A DNA stretch of 64,000 nt, from NCBI GenBank assembly GCA_026770705.1, contig JANJGN010000036.1, positions 4,092,001-4,156,000 on the forward strand, read 5' to 3'. How positions within the stretch are numbered: position 1 is the first letter of the stretch; every line of letters begins with the position of its first letter. This document shows, one piece after another, positions 11,519 to 24,900 of this stretch. Source of the DNA: Isurus oxyrinchus. Its lineage: Eukaryota. The notes under the pieces are model-generated. The model did not search any database, was not told the DNA's origin, and saw nothing but the letters and a program-made list of their open reading frames with translations. Position numbers and translations under genes: made by a program.

Positions 11519-11571
11519 ATTTAACTTGAGAGAGAGAAAGCAAAGAGAGAGGCACAATGAGCGACAAATGG
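11519..11571 (+). CDS. Receptor exon 6: cytoplasmic mini-exon (KFNLRERKQRERHNERQM)
   Basis: Acceptor ttttgttcacatccAG; donor G|GTAAGT; phase 2 to 1, required to keep the frame between exons 5 and 7. Confidence 0.75.
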
Positions 11572-11972
11572 GTAAGTTACATTGAAATGTTGGCACAGAT
11601 TAAATTTCAAGTGGGTGGAATTGGAAAGATGCATAAGAGCATTTCCCGCCATCAAATTCCAGAATCACAATGCTGTCAGTGGGTGGCACAGAAAATCCCA
11701 ATTACTGGTTAATAATAGCAGCAACAATATACCAGTTGGAAAACAGGCCCCAGTGAGTGCATAGTGCTTGTCTTTCATTGGCGATTTTCACAGCACTGAA
11801 GTATTGAGGGACCTTCTGTGGATTTGGTGCCTGGTGACATATTGGGGCCCATTGATGTATTGGGGCCATTGGTACATTGGCGGATCATTGGTGCATGGTG
11901 TATCTCTAATAATAGTGGATTATCCAGGCTGGGATAATATTTTAATTTATACCTTATCCATTAATAACACAG

Positions 11973-12022
11973 ATGACCACCGTCAAACAGAGGCAAAGCG
12001 CGCACATCGGGATGTAATACAG
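11973..12022 (+). CDS. Receptor exon 7: cytoplasmic mini-exon (DDHRQTEAKRAHRDVIQ)
   Basis: Acceptor acacAG 11971-11972; donor CAG|GTGAGT 12023; phase 1 to 0. Confidence 0.75.
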
Positions 12023-13836
12023 GTGAGTTTTTTTCAAACCGTTGTAATTACATGCAAAAACGTGTTTTTTGGGATAAGGTACAAGGCTGCCCAAGCTGTG
12101 TATTCCACGTGTTTACCAGAGAGCAGGTCCAGAGCACCTGAATTTGTATAAAATCCCACTCGCCCCTGTAACTGGAATCAGAAAATATACCCCAGTCCCT
12201 CTTCCCATCTGATAATAGAAAGGACAGGATAATTTTCTGGGTAGAATGTCCCCGTCAGGTTAACGGCGGATTTCCAGCACTTCATATTTCAGATTTCTGC
12301 TATTTTCTTTTATCTCTACATTGAGTCTTATCCCCCTCACTCAACTCCCACCTTTGTCCCTCCTCCGACTCAGCCAAATTAGTAAATACGTTGGCGAATG
12401 GAATTACTGGGAAGATAAGGCCAAACCCACAGGAGTTTTGCAGATAAATCAAAATGTGTTGCTGTTGTCATTGGACTAAGAAGGAATCAGTTGGAGCAGA
12501 AATTTTGCGTTTGTGTGTGTGTGTGTGTGTGTGTTCAGAGGCTTGAGCAGAGAGTCTAGACTGAACTTCCAGAGCGAGTGCTGCACTGTCTGAGGTGCCG
12601 ATTTCACATGAATCGTTAAATCGAGGCCCTGTCTGCCCTCTCAGATAGTGCGTGGCATACAAGGCCATGGGCCTGGTGCTGGAAAATGGGATTAGAATAG
12701 TTAGGTTCTTGTTTGACCGGCACAGACTCCATGTGCTGAAGGGCCTTTTTCTGCGCTATTGACCTCTATGGCTCTATGACTACTGCCATTATTGCAAGAA
12801 GAACAGTGGTGGGGTATTGGGGGGATGGTAGATGCCGGGTTGGGGGGGTTCTCTCTGGTGTTGGGTTTCATATTTTATCTTTCAACCAGCATCTTAAAAA
12901 AGTAAATTATCTAGCTCATCAATTCATTGCCGCTTATGGGATCTTACTGTGCATAAATTCGCTGCCCTGTCGCATTAAGAACAAAAAAAGTGGATGTGAA
13001 TGTTCTGAGGCTTCTTCAGTTCATGGTGGACGTTATATAAACGCACGTCTTTTGATTGTGTTTGCGTCATTCTTCTGAAAGTGATGAATTCTGTGGCCTC
13101 TACTCAATCGTGTAGATGGCACATGGTGAAACACAGTAATCGGATTCAACAAAGGAATCCAATCAAATTGATAGACTCAGCACCCCAGTTTTCTGATTAA
13201 ATTTTGGTCAGTTCCAGTTGCTTTACAAATTCTGTTGCTCGGTCAAAAAACATAAATTCAGACATTTTTTTGTCAGACAAATGAAGCAAAACATTCCTCA
13301 AATTGATATACAGGGCAATGGAAACCAATCCAACAGCAAACTTCAAGAAGGGATTAGAAAAATATTGGAATGGGAAAATAATGGTGGCGATATGGGGGCA
13401 GAGAAGTGCAGAGGTGGTCTAACTGTATAGCTCTTTCAAAGAGTTGGCACAGACACAATGGGTACAACGGACACCTTCTGTGCTGTATCATTCTGTAATT
13501 GTGTAAAACGTGGTTACGGGAGTGGGTAATTTTGACTATCTCAGAGATTCATAGTCAGAGAATCGTAGAGATCTACAGCACAGAAAAAGACCCTACCACC
13601 CATCGAGTCTGTGCCGGTCAAACAAGTACTTAACTATTCTACTCCCATTTTCCAGGTGCTAGGCCCATAGCTTTGTATGCCATGGCATCACAAGTGCATT
13701 TCCAAATACTTCTTAAATGTTACTTAAGGGTTTCTGCCTCTACCACCCTTTCAGACAGTGAGTTCCAAATTCCCACCATATTCTGGGCGAAAGTGTTTAG
13801 AAACATTTCGCTGTTAATGTTTAATATGTCTCCCAG

Positions 13837-13917
13837 GCACAAGGCGGACCTCTCTACGCATCCCTGGACTTGGCTGCATTGGAAAAAAGATCAAAAAAGA
13901 AGGCGGGTCGCAAATGA
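13837..13917 (+). CDS. Receptor exon 8: terminal exon AQGGPLYASLDLAALEKRSKKKAGRK* with ITIM-like YxxL
   Basis: Acceptor tgtctcccAG 13835-13836, phase 0; conserved with the paralogous exon at 933; AATAAA at 13990 and 14258; summed exons total 1035 nt = 344 aa + stop. Confidence 0.8.
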   Translation, partial: AQGGPLYASLDLAALEKRSKKKAGRK

Positions 13918-15189
13918 GAATCCTGCCTGTTTCTCTCTGATGAATTATGGAGTTGACAGGATTTGTCAAAAAACCCATAGCCTTGTGGAAATAAACATGG
14001 AGCCGAAGAGGCTCCCATGAAGCAGTTATCTTTCCCCATGCACTCACCAGAGCTTGCAAACACTGGCTCATTTTGTTAAATATAGAAGCTGTTTTAAATA
14101 TTATTAAGGATATCCCACCGCTATCATGTAATTTAAGTGTAAAAGAAACATTGAGCAAAGACTAAGAACTTTCCTTATTTTCTCTGCAATTTGCCTGCTG
14201 ATTATGTTAGTCCAGTTACTGACAGGATGTTCATTTCTTGACAAATGTCTGTATGTAAATAAAATAAATTATTCCTCGACTATAACGATGCACCAGAAGT
14301 TTGTATTGATTAATAATTAAATTATAATTAAATATCACTTGGTTAAAACTGCAATTTCTGCGAAGTTGGCAATATCAGTCCTGGGTTAAGAAGCTCTCAG
14401 TGCTGTGTTTCTTTCTCTGAGATATGTGTTCTATCATTTACTGAATTAGAGCACAGCAAGACAGAGACTCGGGCAGTGATTCAGAAAACTTGTAATTGTT
14501 CTGTTTCATTTTTACAAAGCCCCCTTCTGGTTAGTGTTCAACTTTAAACCTACATGTCAGTGTTGTCACATGAGTATGGCTTGTTTTGGAGCAAGAGGTG
14601 CTGTGGAAGGTGGAGTGGAAATCTGGATCTCTCTCCCTCAGAAAGCTGTTGATGTGTAAGTACCAAGGGGTCGGGGAACAAGGTGAATGAGTCGGGTTTC
14701 GTACATGAAGTGAACATGAATGTTGTTTTTATATATTTTGGGGACACGGTGGTATTCGATGAAGAAAGATGTGTGTGTGTGTGTGTGTGTATGTGTGTGT
14801 GTCTGTGTGTCCATGGATAATTAAACTGGGGAAATTTAGTAAAGACAGATTGCCTGTGGGAGCTTAGGGATGAAATATAAAAGTGCTGAATGCATGCATT
14901 TGTCATGAGAGGCTATGGTGATGTTGGCATTATAAGCAAATACGTGAGGGCTTGTCTTTTCAGTTGCCAATATTTCATAAGTGAGCAAGGGAAGGTTATT
15001 AAATTTTATTTGATGCAGATGTGGAGGCAATAGAGAGGCATGGAGGATTTTTTAGATTGGAAAATTTGAGTTAAAGGGATGCTTAGGACAGTGGAGCTCA
15101 AGATGAAAGTGGGAAAATAGTATTTAAGGGAAATGCTTAATTGAGTTGAGGCGGCTGTGTGAGGGGAATGCCCTGAGCCCAGAGATTGT

Positions 15190-15870
15190 GGCCTTCAGGG
15201 TGCGCACAAGATCTTTGAATGTGACAGGACAAATTGAGAAGGCTGTTTGAAAAAAAAACGATAGGCCTCTTTTAGCTTTACAAACAGAGGCAAAAAGGAG
15301 CAAAAGGACAGGTAGAAATGGTAATTGTTTATTCAGGATTAGTTCGAACCCAGCTGAAGGAGTGTGTTAAACTCTGATCACCAACCTTTGGGAAGAATTT
15401 GAATGTCTTAGGGAAGATGCAGAGGAGATTTACAAGAATGGTTCCAGGTATCTGGGAGTTCGGTTACGTGAAGAGATTGGAAATTCTGGGATTGTGCTCT
15501 TTCGAACAATGAAGGGTGAGGGGAGATATAATCTAGAATGTCAAATACATGATGGGTTTTGACTGTTTAATGAAGGTGAAACTGGTTCAAGTGGCTGAAA
15601 GTTCAGGCAGACGAAGACACAGATTTAAGGTGATTGACAAAGAACCAGAGGTGAAGTTTGTGAGATTATCTGAAAGAGCAAGTTGTTGGAATTCACTGTC
15701 TGAAAACATGGTGGAAGCAGATTCAATAATATTTTTCTAAAGGCAATTTACCAAACAATTCAGAAGGGAAAATGTGGGAGTTTGGGAATGAGGCAGGGGA
15801 GTGGGCCTACTTAGTTATAATTAAGATAGCTCTTAAAAAGAGACAGCACTGACACAATGGGCCGAAATGC
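15190..15870 (+). mobile_element. CR1 LINE 3' fragment
   Basis: Degenerate RT C-terminal motifs (gcagaggagatttacaagaatggttccagg; WNSLSE; gtggaagcagattcaat). Confidence 0.7.
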
Positions 15871-16624
15871 CCCCTATTGGGCTTTATCAGTCTCTGGTTT
15901 AATGAGCATGAGGTGGAATGTCAAGATCGAGAGAGAGAGAAAGGGAGAGAGAGAGCTTGTGTGGAAAAGCGAAAGGAACATAGAGACAAAGACTTTTTGG
16001 TTGTAGGGTTCACATTTCCGTATCTGCCTGTGTCCATTCCTGTTGAGGCTGCACACTGCCTCCTCATTTGCCTGGCGCCCAGCACCACCCAAGCTCAACA
16101 GGGGGTCGAGCTGTGTGTCGGACAGGCAGGTGGTTCAGACAGCCTGCAGCTCTTAAAGGCAGTCAGTCCCTCTTAGAGGGAAGCTGCCCTGAATCACAGG
16201 AGGTTGCTGCTGCGGACTGAGAATGCTGCAATGGGAGGCAAGATGACTGGAATACTAGGGCAGAGACAGGGCTCCACAGTTCACACGGGAGGAAAGGCTA
16301 TGTTTTCGTGTCTGGAGCCCTCAAGGAATGAAGGGAATGGGAGCAGGTGTCCAGGGATGCCAATGCAGCTAGTCCGGCCCCAGGAACCTAGCAGCAGTGC
16401 CAGGAGAAGTTAAACAAGCCCACACAGGTGAGCAATGTCAGTGAATTCATCTCCACGTAGCACCTCCTCCCCACAACAGCACCAACCTCTCCGTAGCACC
16501 TCTTCCCCACAACAGCACCAACCTCTCACATGGCTACATGTACCACACCCACCCACCCCCACCCCCTCCCATTCACTCACGTCCCTAACACTCAGGACTA
16601 ATGGCTAACATTCATACACTCCAC

Positions 16625-16890
16625 CTCACTGGGAGAGGGGGGTGCTGTGGAGAGGAGGGAATCGCAAGGAGGAGGGTCACTGGGAGAGGGGGGGACTGTG
16701 AAGAACAGAGGATTCCAGGGAGGATGATCACTAAGAGAGGGAGGGACTGTCGGGGGGGGCGGGACCACAGGGGGAGGGTCACTGAGAGAGGGAGGGGCTG
16801 TGGAGAGCGGAGAACCCCAGGGAGGAGGGTCACTGAGATAGTGAGGGACTGCGGAGAGCCCCAGGGAGGAGGGTCACTGAGAGAGAGGAA
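16625..16890. repeat. G-rich ~42-bp degenerate tandem repeat
   Basis: Recurrent gggaggagggtcactgagagagggagggactg. Confidence 0.7.
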
Positions 16891-19800
16891 CTCAAATCCT
16901 CAGCCGAGACCCAATCAATAATTTATAAAGTTTTAGCATAACATCCACACTGTTGCAACTATGCCGCCACTTATAAATCTAAATATCCTGTGTGCCCTTG
17001 AACCATCTTATCGATTTGTATTTCCATTGTTGAAGCAGTGTGTACATAAGTTCACTCTGTTTTTAATTGCCTTATTTAGGTTATATTGTCCCTCTTTTTT
17101 CCTCCTCCGAAATCTATCCTTCACTCTGCTCTGCATTCAATTTCATTTACCATGTGTTTTGCCATTTCACCAATCTATCTATATCTTCCTGAAGTTTAGA
17201 GCTATCCTCCTGTTTATATTTCCCAGTTCCTGCTATCTGGAAACGTTAAAATAATGTCATTTAGACATGAGTCTACATCACGTATAAGTATCAAAGTAAG
17301 CATTCGTCCCAAGGCTGGCCCCTGGGGGCATCACTGTATACTGCTCTGTCTAAATAAGCATCGTTCACGACTTCTCCCTACTTTCTGGCCGGAATTTTCC
17401 GTGTCTGTTGGCATTGGACGTGTTCAGTGGCACGAACAGACAATATAGCAAGAAGGCCAAAAAATCAGTTTAACAACATTGAATCATCGCCCCCTGCTGG
17501 ATCATCCGAGCACACTGGCATTATTGCACGCCGACATGTTTCACAACTGTACATAAGTGATGTGCACCTGGTTCTGAGTTCTGTTCTTTGTAACAATAAA
17601 AATGAACATCTGCAATTAAATGTTTCTTGGACAGAGCAGAGGGAATTTTACTCTGTATCTAACCCCATACTGTATTTGGCTTGGGAATGTTCACACACAT
17701 TTCCAGAATGCAGGAATGGCTGAAATATGTGTGTGTATCTGTGTGTGTGTGTGTGAGTGTGTTGGGAGTGCTCAATGAATAATGCAGTCGAGATTTCACT
17801 CTGAAACACCAGAATTTAGGCTAAGGGGTGATTAGATCAAGCGCTTCAAGAAAATAATGGAAAGGGAGAGCGTTGATAAAGAGCAACTTTTTTCTGCTGA
17901 TTGGGAAATCTAGGAATTGGAGACATTGGATTTGAGACTATGTTTACAACTTTAGACTTTTTTAAGATTGAAATTAAGAAACACTTTACCACACCAGGTG
18001 TGATATTAGTTTGGAACAATCATCTGCAAATAGCAATTGATGCTAAGGCTGTCGTTAATGTTTAAATTTGAGGTTAATAGATTTTTGTTAACCAAAGGTA
18101 TATAGTGATATAGAGTTAGATCACAGATCAGCCATGATCACATAGAATGTAAGAACAGGGTTATAAGGGATTAAATTGTATCCTCCTCTTCCCATGTGCT
18201 ATGACCAATATCCTTCCTTCACTCTCTGCATCTCCATCTCCCAGTTGATTTGTGTCTCTCTCTGAGAATCTGTGGAAAAAAAATCCACAAAGTCTCAGCC
18301 AATTTAGGTTTGTTCAGGGTGGCCATTTTATGTGAGCTCAGCACTGAGACTTTTATGATTGACTTGACTCCTCACTAAGATAATGTTAATTCTTGAAATG
18401 TGACAGACACACAGTTTTGGAGACACAAATGAGGGATTTATACCCTGGAATTTCAAAAGATCAGGGGCGACTTGAACATGATTTTCAGGAGAATAACGGA
18501 AACCTATAGAGTAGATAGAGAGAAACCCTTATTTCTGGCTTTGGAGCCTATGACTTGAATAATAGGCCAATTATTTAACAACAGTCTGAAACCCTTTCAA
18601 GAGTGACAATAAAAAACACTTCTACACACAAGGGTGGTAGAAGTTAGGAACTGTCTTCTGTAAATGAACCCTCCCTATCTCCTCTAGTACCACCATCCTT
18701 CGATATCAGTTTTCCTTCAATTCTGGCTTCCTGAACATCTCCAATTTTAATCATTTCACTATTGGTGGTCTGGGCTCAAACTCTGTAATTCCTTCCCTAA
18801 ACCTCTCCATTTTAATACTTCTCTTTCCTCCATTAAGACACTTCCTGAAACCAAACCCCTTTGACCAAACTTTTGGGCATGTGCCCCAAAACTCAATTGT
18901 GCCTAGGTGTTAATTTTTTCATGGTAAGGGTCCTGTGAAGTATCTTGGGAGAATTATGATCAAGGTGCTACCTAAATGCAAGTTATTGTTGTGTATGCCT
19001 CAGTACCAGCTTCTGCCCATTTTCAGTACGCTGCAGGTAAAAGAGAATGATTCACTCCCATCTGCTCCTGCACATCTGGTGTGTGTCTCATTGTCAGCTC
19101 TGAAACATATGCAGCACAATCGCATCCTGTTTCTGTGTCTCGCTGGCTCTGTTTCTGTATCACTCTCTCTCTCTCTCTCTCTTCTGAAATCAGCTGACTA
19201 ACAGAAAGCTTTCATCCCTCTCATATCTATTTTATTCCAATTCTGTGCCTTATATTCATGAGTTGTTACTTTCTGTAAGTAACTCTCCTGGGACAGGGAA
19301 TCCACGGAGAAGAACATCAGGTGAAAGCTTTCTCTCCTGAAATCCATGTTTCCTGTTTGTTTCTTGCTGCCTTGTAGCTAATTCTGTCTGGAGAGAGCAG
19401 AGGGTAAAGGCTGAGTGGATTTGTGATGAACAGGGTTATCCTTTATTTACAAACTGTACCTGAAGCAAGCGTGTGTAAATAATAGTGATCAGCAAAGGGT
19501 CACCGATAGAATCATAGAATAGTCCAGCACTGGAAGTGGCTATTCGGCCCATCCAGAAGTGCTGGCTGTTTTGAAGAGGAATCTAACGTTAGTCGCACAG
19601 CCACTCTCTTTCCCCCATAATCCTGCATGTTATTCTCATTCAATGATTTATCCAATTCTCCTTTTGAAGGACCCTATTGAATCATTAGCCACCTCCCTAG
19701 CAGACATTGCATTACATAGTTGTGTTCTGAGAGATTTGGGTGTCCTTGTACAGACATCAAACAGAAAGTTAACATACAGGCACAGCTAACCAGGAGGAAG

Positions 19801-22800
19801 GTAAATGTAGTGTTGGCCTTTATTGCAAAGGGATTGGAGTACAAGAGTAAAGAAGTCTTGCTGCAAGTGTTTTGCTGAGACCACACCTGGAATACAAGGG
19901 GTAAACATTCTTATTAAACACCGAAGCATTCCACAGAGCAAAGGTCACAAATTCAACACAAGTTTCATTTTGGCTGTCTCCGTGATCTGCTCAGAGCCTC
20001 TGATATGTGGGGCTAGCTGAGAATGTGATGCTGGGACCTGAGCCCACAATCTGATGATTCTGATGTAAGATTTCTTCTCACTGAGCCACAGCTGGCTCCA
20101 GGTTCCCTTTAGCATTTTGCTGTTGTGTGCGGGGCTAGATATCTTTCTCAAAGAAGTTTTACCTTGCGTGTTATTTACCACAGAACAGGGCCTGCACGGA
20201 GTTCTCTAGAATGAGGAAGTACCGTTTAAAAACAAGGGGTCCCCCATCGAAGATAGGGATGAGGAGTAATGTCCTCTCTGAGGGTTGTTGGTGGGTTTGG
20301 AGATCTCTCCCCCAGTGAGCAGGGGAGGCTGCCTCATTGAATATATTAAAGGCTGAGTGAGACAGATTGTTGATTGGCAAGGAAGTCGAGGTTTATGGTG
20401 GCAGACAGGGAAGTGGAGATAATCCTACAATCAAATCAACCATGATCTTATCAACTGCAGGAGCAGGCTTGAGGGGCTGAATGGCCTGCCGCTTCTCCTC
20501 TTTCTCATGCTCTGCCTGCTACCTTCCAGCCCACTGCCCTGCAGGAACACTGACTGACACTTTCCATCCCAATCTCTTCCTCTTTCTCTCTGACACTCTC
20601 AGCCCTTTGTTATCCACCCCTCTCCCTGTTGTTCTCTCTCCATCTTCATCTTGTCTCTCTCTGTTACCCAGTCCAGCTGGACGAAGGGAAGTTGAGGCAG
20701 TCACACAGGAGGGAGCTATAACATGTACCTGACTCCCTTTTTGTAATTGCCCTGGGAGTATTTGATGAAAGAGTAAGGAGGTAGATTCATTCTGTTTCTT
20801 GGTCTATTTTGTCCTGGGATGGTTTCAATGGAGATTTATACTGGATCCCTGCGATTTAAAAGGTTAAGATGTGAGTTCATTCAAGTTGTCAAAGTAATAA
20901 TTACTGAGATTATTGGCAAGTGTAGTCTCTCCACTTCTCTCTCCATGCTTATCACTCATTAATTATTTCCACTTCCACCATCCTCGTAGGCCACATGTCC
21001 AAGGTCAATCCCAGTCTCTATGTAAAACAAAAAGTTCTTCCTCAAATCCCATCAGCATTTCTCATCCAAAACCTTCAATCAGTGTCGCCCTGTCATCGTA
21101 GAACCAGCAGCAAATGAGAACAGCTTTTCTTCCTCTACTTTATCTGAACCCTCAGCAACTCTCATTACAGTGCGGGTGAAATGGAAAGGTTCACTCCCCT
21201 TTGTTACTGTACAGCTGGTGTGTGCCTCAGTGTCAGCTCTGAAACACTTACAGCACAATCTCATCCTGTTTCTGTGAGTCTCTGTCTCTCTTTCTCTCTC
21301 TGTCCCTCTCTCTCTGCCTCTGAAGCTAGCTTCACCATTGTCTAAATGACATTGACGATAATTCAAAAGTTCTCCATTGTTAGTAAAGTCCTTTGGAGAC
21401 CCTAAAGCCCTGAAGTGCCCATTATAAATGTCTGCCCTTAAGTTGCTTTGAGGACACTCAGAGCCAGCCTGTGACTGCTGTGAAATGTGGGCCTGGCCTC
21501 TCCCTTGGTCGACCATCTCACTTTCTAACACATACACAAATCTTTCATGAGTCTTGTGTCTGTTTTCCTCAAATTCTTTTTTCGGATATTCACCTGTTAT
21601 TACTTTTTGGGGGACCTGCAACAATCTGGCCCAGGACAGATTTCTCAAACAAGAAAATCAGCCTGAACCTTTCTATCCTGAAATCTGTGTTTGCTGTTTG
21701 TTTCCGCTCTGTCCCCCTCTCTCTTTCTGGGTGTCTCTGCCCTTCTGCCTCTCCCTGTCATAAGAACATAAGAATCTAAGAAATAAGAGCAGGAGTAGCC
21801 CATCCGACCTCCTCGAGCCCCATCCGTCACCCCCTATTGGGCCTTCGGTGTGCTGCCTCTGGATAGTTCACGTATGGATTCATTCAATACACATGGCATA
21901 GTCTATTATATGATGGAAAGCAGCCAACACTGTTTCACTCAGTACAGACACTACCTTAATGATGCAATGTTATAATATCTAGTCAGACAACTGTCATCCC
22001 ACAAGGGCAAAATTTCACTGGGTCAACATGCTTACCAAACACTAAACTGTCCCACAAAGCAAGGCTCAAAATCCAACACGATTTTCCTTGTTTGATTCTC
22101 CCTGGTCTGTTCTGATTCTCTGATATATTCCTGGTGCTTATTCTCCACATGGGCAGTCGTCCTAACCCCGTGTGTCTGTCCTGCTCTCAAACACGGCATC
22201 CGACTATAATAAGGCAAGTGATACAGGAGCGCCTGAGTGACTGAGACAGGTGAATCTCGATCCTGACCCAGATGTGTACGTGACAAGGCTTAATGCCAAG
22301 GACAATAGAAACCATGCTTCACTCTGTGTCTGAACCGTGCTGTGCCTTCATTCAGTGTTTGATGGGATGGTGCCAATGTGGAGAAGTTCATATGAAAGTG
22401 TGTTTGAAACGTGATGGGGGCTCCTGCCTCTCCTACCCTTTCAGACAGTGAGTTCTAGATGCCCCGCAGTCTCTGGGTGAAAATATTACTCCTCAGTTCC
22501 ACTCAAATCCTTCACATTCAATCGATGCTCCCTGGTTATTGACCTCTCTGCTCAGAGAGAAAGGATCCTCCCTACCCACACTCTGTTCTTTGGTAGCCAG
22601 GTTTCAGGAGGCCTGGAGTTGGGAGAGAATTCCGACCTGCCCATCACAACCTGTCCTAATCTTGTACAGCTCGAGCAAACCTTCCCTCAATGGGATCAAA
22701 CCCAGTTTCTCCAAACTCACCATGGAGCTAAACTCCCTCATTTCTGCCGATTAATCCACTCTCAAAGATTCTAAAAATATTGATATTTTCCCTCTCAGTC

Positions 22801-23836
22801 TGTTTATTCCACCCAATCTTTCTTACTTCTCTTCCTTAACCACAACGTCTGCATCGCTCCCCCATCTTTTGTGAACACAGACACGACACAGGGATGTTGG
22901 ATTTGAGACGATGTTTAGAATTTTACACTTTTACAAGCGAAATTACAAAACACTTCTAAACACAAAGGGTGGTAGAAGTTTGGAAGTGGCTTCCCCAAAT
23001 GCCCCCTCCCGATCGGTCCCAATTTGTTAAGGGAACAATGGACAAAGTTGTCCAAGTTTTAAGGGGAACTGATGGGGTATTAGTTTGGAAGTGCCTTCCC
23101 CAGGCAGCAATTGTTGCTGAGCCACTTGCAGGATTTTAAAGCTGAGGTTGACCTTATCTTCACGTGCCTGTCAGCACATCAACAGTAAAATGTACAGATA
23201 TTTCACAGCTAGATTCACACAATACAGACAGTAATCTATGTTATATTTTGGAAATGCTGAAAATGTTGTTAAAGATCATTGCACTTTCTGTAGCGACCAT
23301 TTTGAAATGTCTGGAATTTTTTTTAAGATTGTATTGAAGGACCTTAGATTGCAACATGATCTAAGTAGAAAATCTGAATATCATTGCACTTTATGAAATG
23401 TTTTGCAACCTTCTTTCAAATATTTTATGAATAAAGAATACTTTTGCAAAAAGTGTGTGTGTGTGTGTGTCTGAGATTCAATGTATTTATTCATGATTTA
23501 AGATGATATGATAGAATGCTTGCTGAAATGACACAAAGCTACAAACAGAGTGCGTCCAAAGAGACTTGACGGTCCATACATTTGAGCGGAGGGCAGCTTT
23601 ACTTGAATGATACCAGGAAGAGGTAAATTAAAAAGTGAGATTACACAAAGCCGGGATTGTATTCCCACGAATTTAGGAGGATCAGGGGTGATTTCATCCT
23701 GCACTTCAACACCCTTGGGTCAGAGAAGTTTGGAACTGTCGTCTGCAAATGACAATTGATGCTCAGACAACTGTTAATTTTTAAGTGTAAGATTGACCTC
23801 AATTTATTCTGTCACTCCCTGTCTCATGATCACTCT

Positions 23837-23873
<37 letters not shown>

Positions 23874-24544
23874 TGTTTCTCTCCTCCTCTATCTGAACCT
23901 CCGTAAATCTCCACATACATCAATCAGACATTTTGTGTTTGTTCATGGTGGCCATTTTCTCCCCGAAGCCCTGTATATTCACATCAGGTCTTCCTTACTT
24001 TTGACCTCCCGTCCCCTTGCAATAAATGGAAACACTTAATTTCTCTTACTAATTGTTGGCTGCACCAGCACGTCCACTTTCTGTGATTTGTGTTCAAGAA
24101 CACTCAAATCATCCGGGCAACAACGTTTAATAGTTTCTCACCATTAAAAAAAAACAATTCTATTTCTCTATTCTTACTCCCAAAGTGAAGCATATTTCTC
24201 CAAATGCTATTGCATCTGACGTGTCGTTACCCACTCGGTTAACCTGTCTACATCCTGCTCTCAACTTACTTTCCTGCCTAACCATGTATTGTCAGCAAAC
24301 CTGGAGGCTTGTTCCCTTAATCTCTGTTGTTTATAGAAATGGTAAATAGTTGTGGCTTTAACAGTGAAAGGGAGGGTTCATTGAGAGTGTGTGATAGAGA
24401 GAGTAAGGGAGAGTATATGTTTTGAGCTGTAATATCACCCATGACCTTAATGAAGTACGGACAGGCTCAAAGGGCCGAATGCCCTCATCATGCTCCTATT
24501 TCTGTAATTAATTACTCCTCCTTTAGGTGACAATCCAGTCACTC

Positions 24545-24900
24545 AGTTGTGGCGTGAATAATGGCGTCTCCTTTTCCCATAATCCGCCGCGGCTAGAAAA
24601 TGTCCTCTATCAGTGACACGGGCCGCGCTGCTCTCTGGGAAGGGTAGCCCAGCGCACATGCGCAGCCCCGCTTCTCACCCGCACCGACTGCTTTTTATTT
24701 ATTTATAAAGAGGAAGGAGACCGCGGTGACGTCACGAAAACATGGTGGCCGCTGCGCCCCCCCCACCCCACCCCCGGGCAGTTGCATAAAGAGCAGCGAC
24801 TGGGCGTTGGGGCGGGCAAGAGGTGACTCTAGGAGGAGCAGCGGGTGGAGCAGGAGGTCCTTAGGAGAGTGAGAGCGGCCTCTAGCGGACAGGAGGGGAA
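24545..24900. promoter_or_regulatory. CpG-island promoter-like element with no assignable gene
   Basis: Local CpG/GC rise; YY1-like AATGGCG (24560), ZNF143-like TTCCCATAATCC (24574), NRF1-like GCACATGCGCA (24654), perfect CRE TGACGTCA (24727-24734), GC box GGGGCGGG. Confidence 0.6.

Noticed and set aside
11768-12151. ORF reading through the exon-7 donor to give an AVYSTC motif
   Set aside because: Not a YxxL/V motif; a strong donor at 12023 and the paralog-conserved exon 8 explain the gene better
20640-20732. Strong polypyrimidine acceptor followed by a short ORF
   Set aside because: No recognisable protein, donor or partner exons; CT-rich low complexity explains the tract
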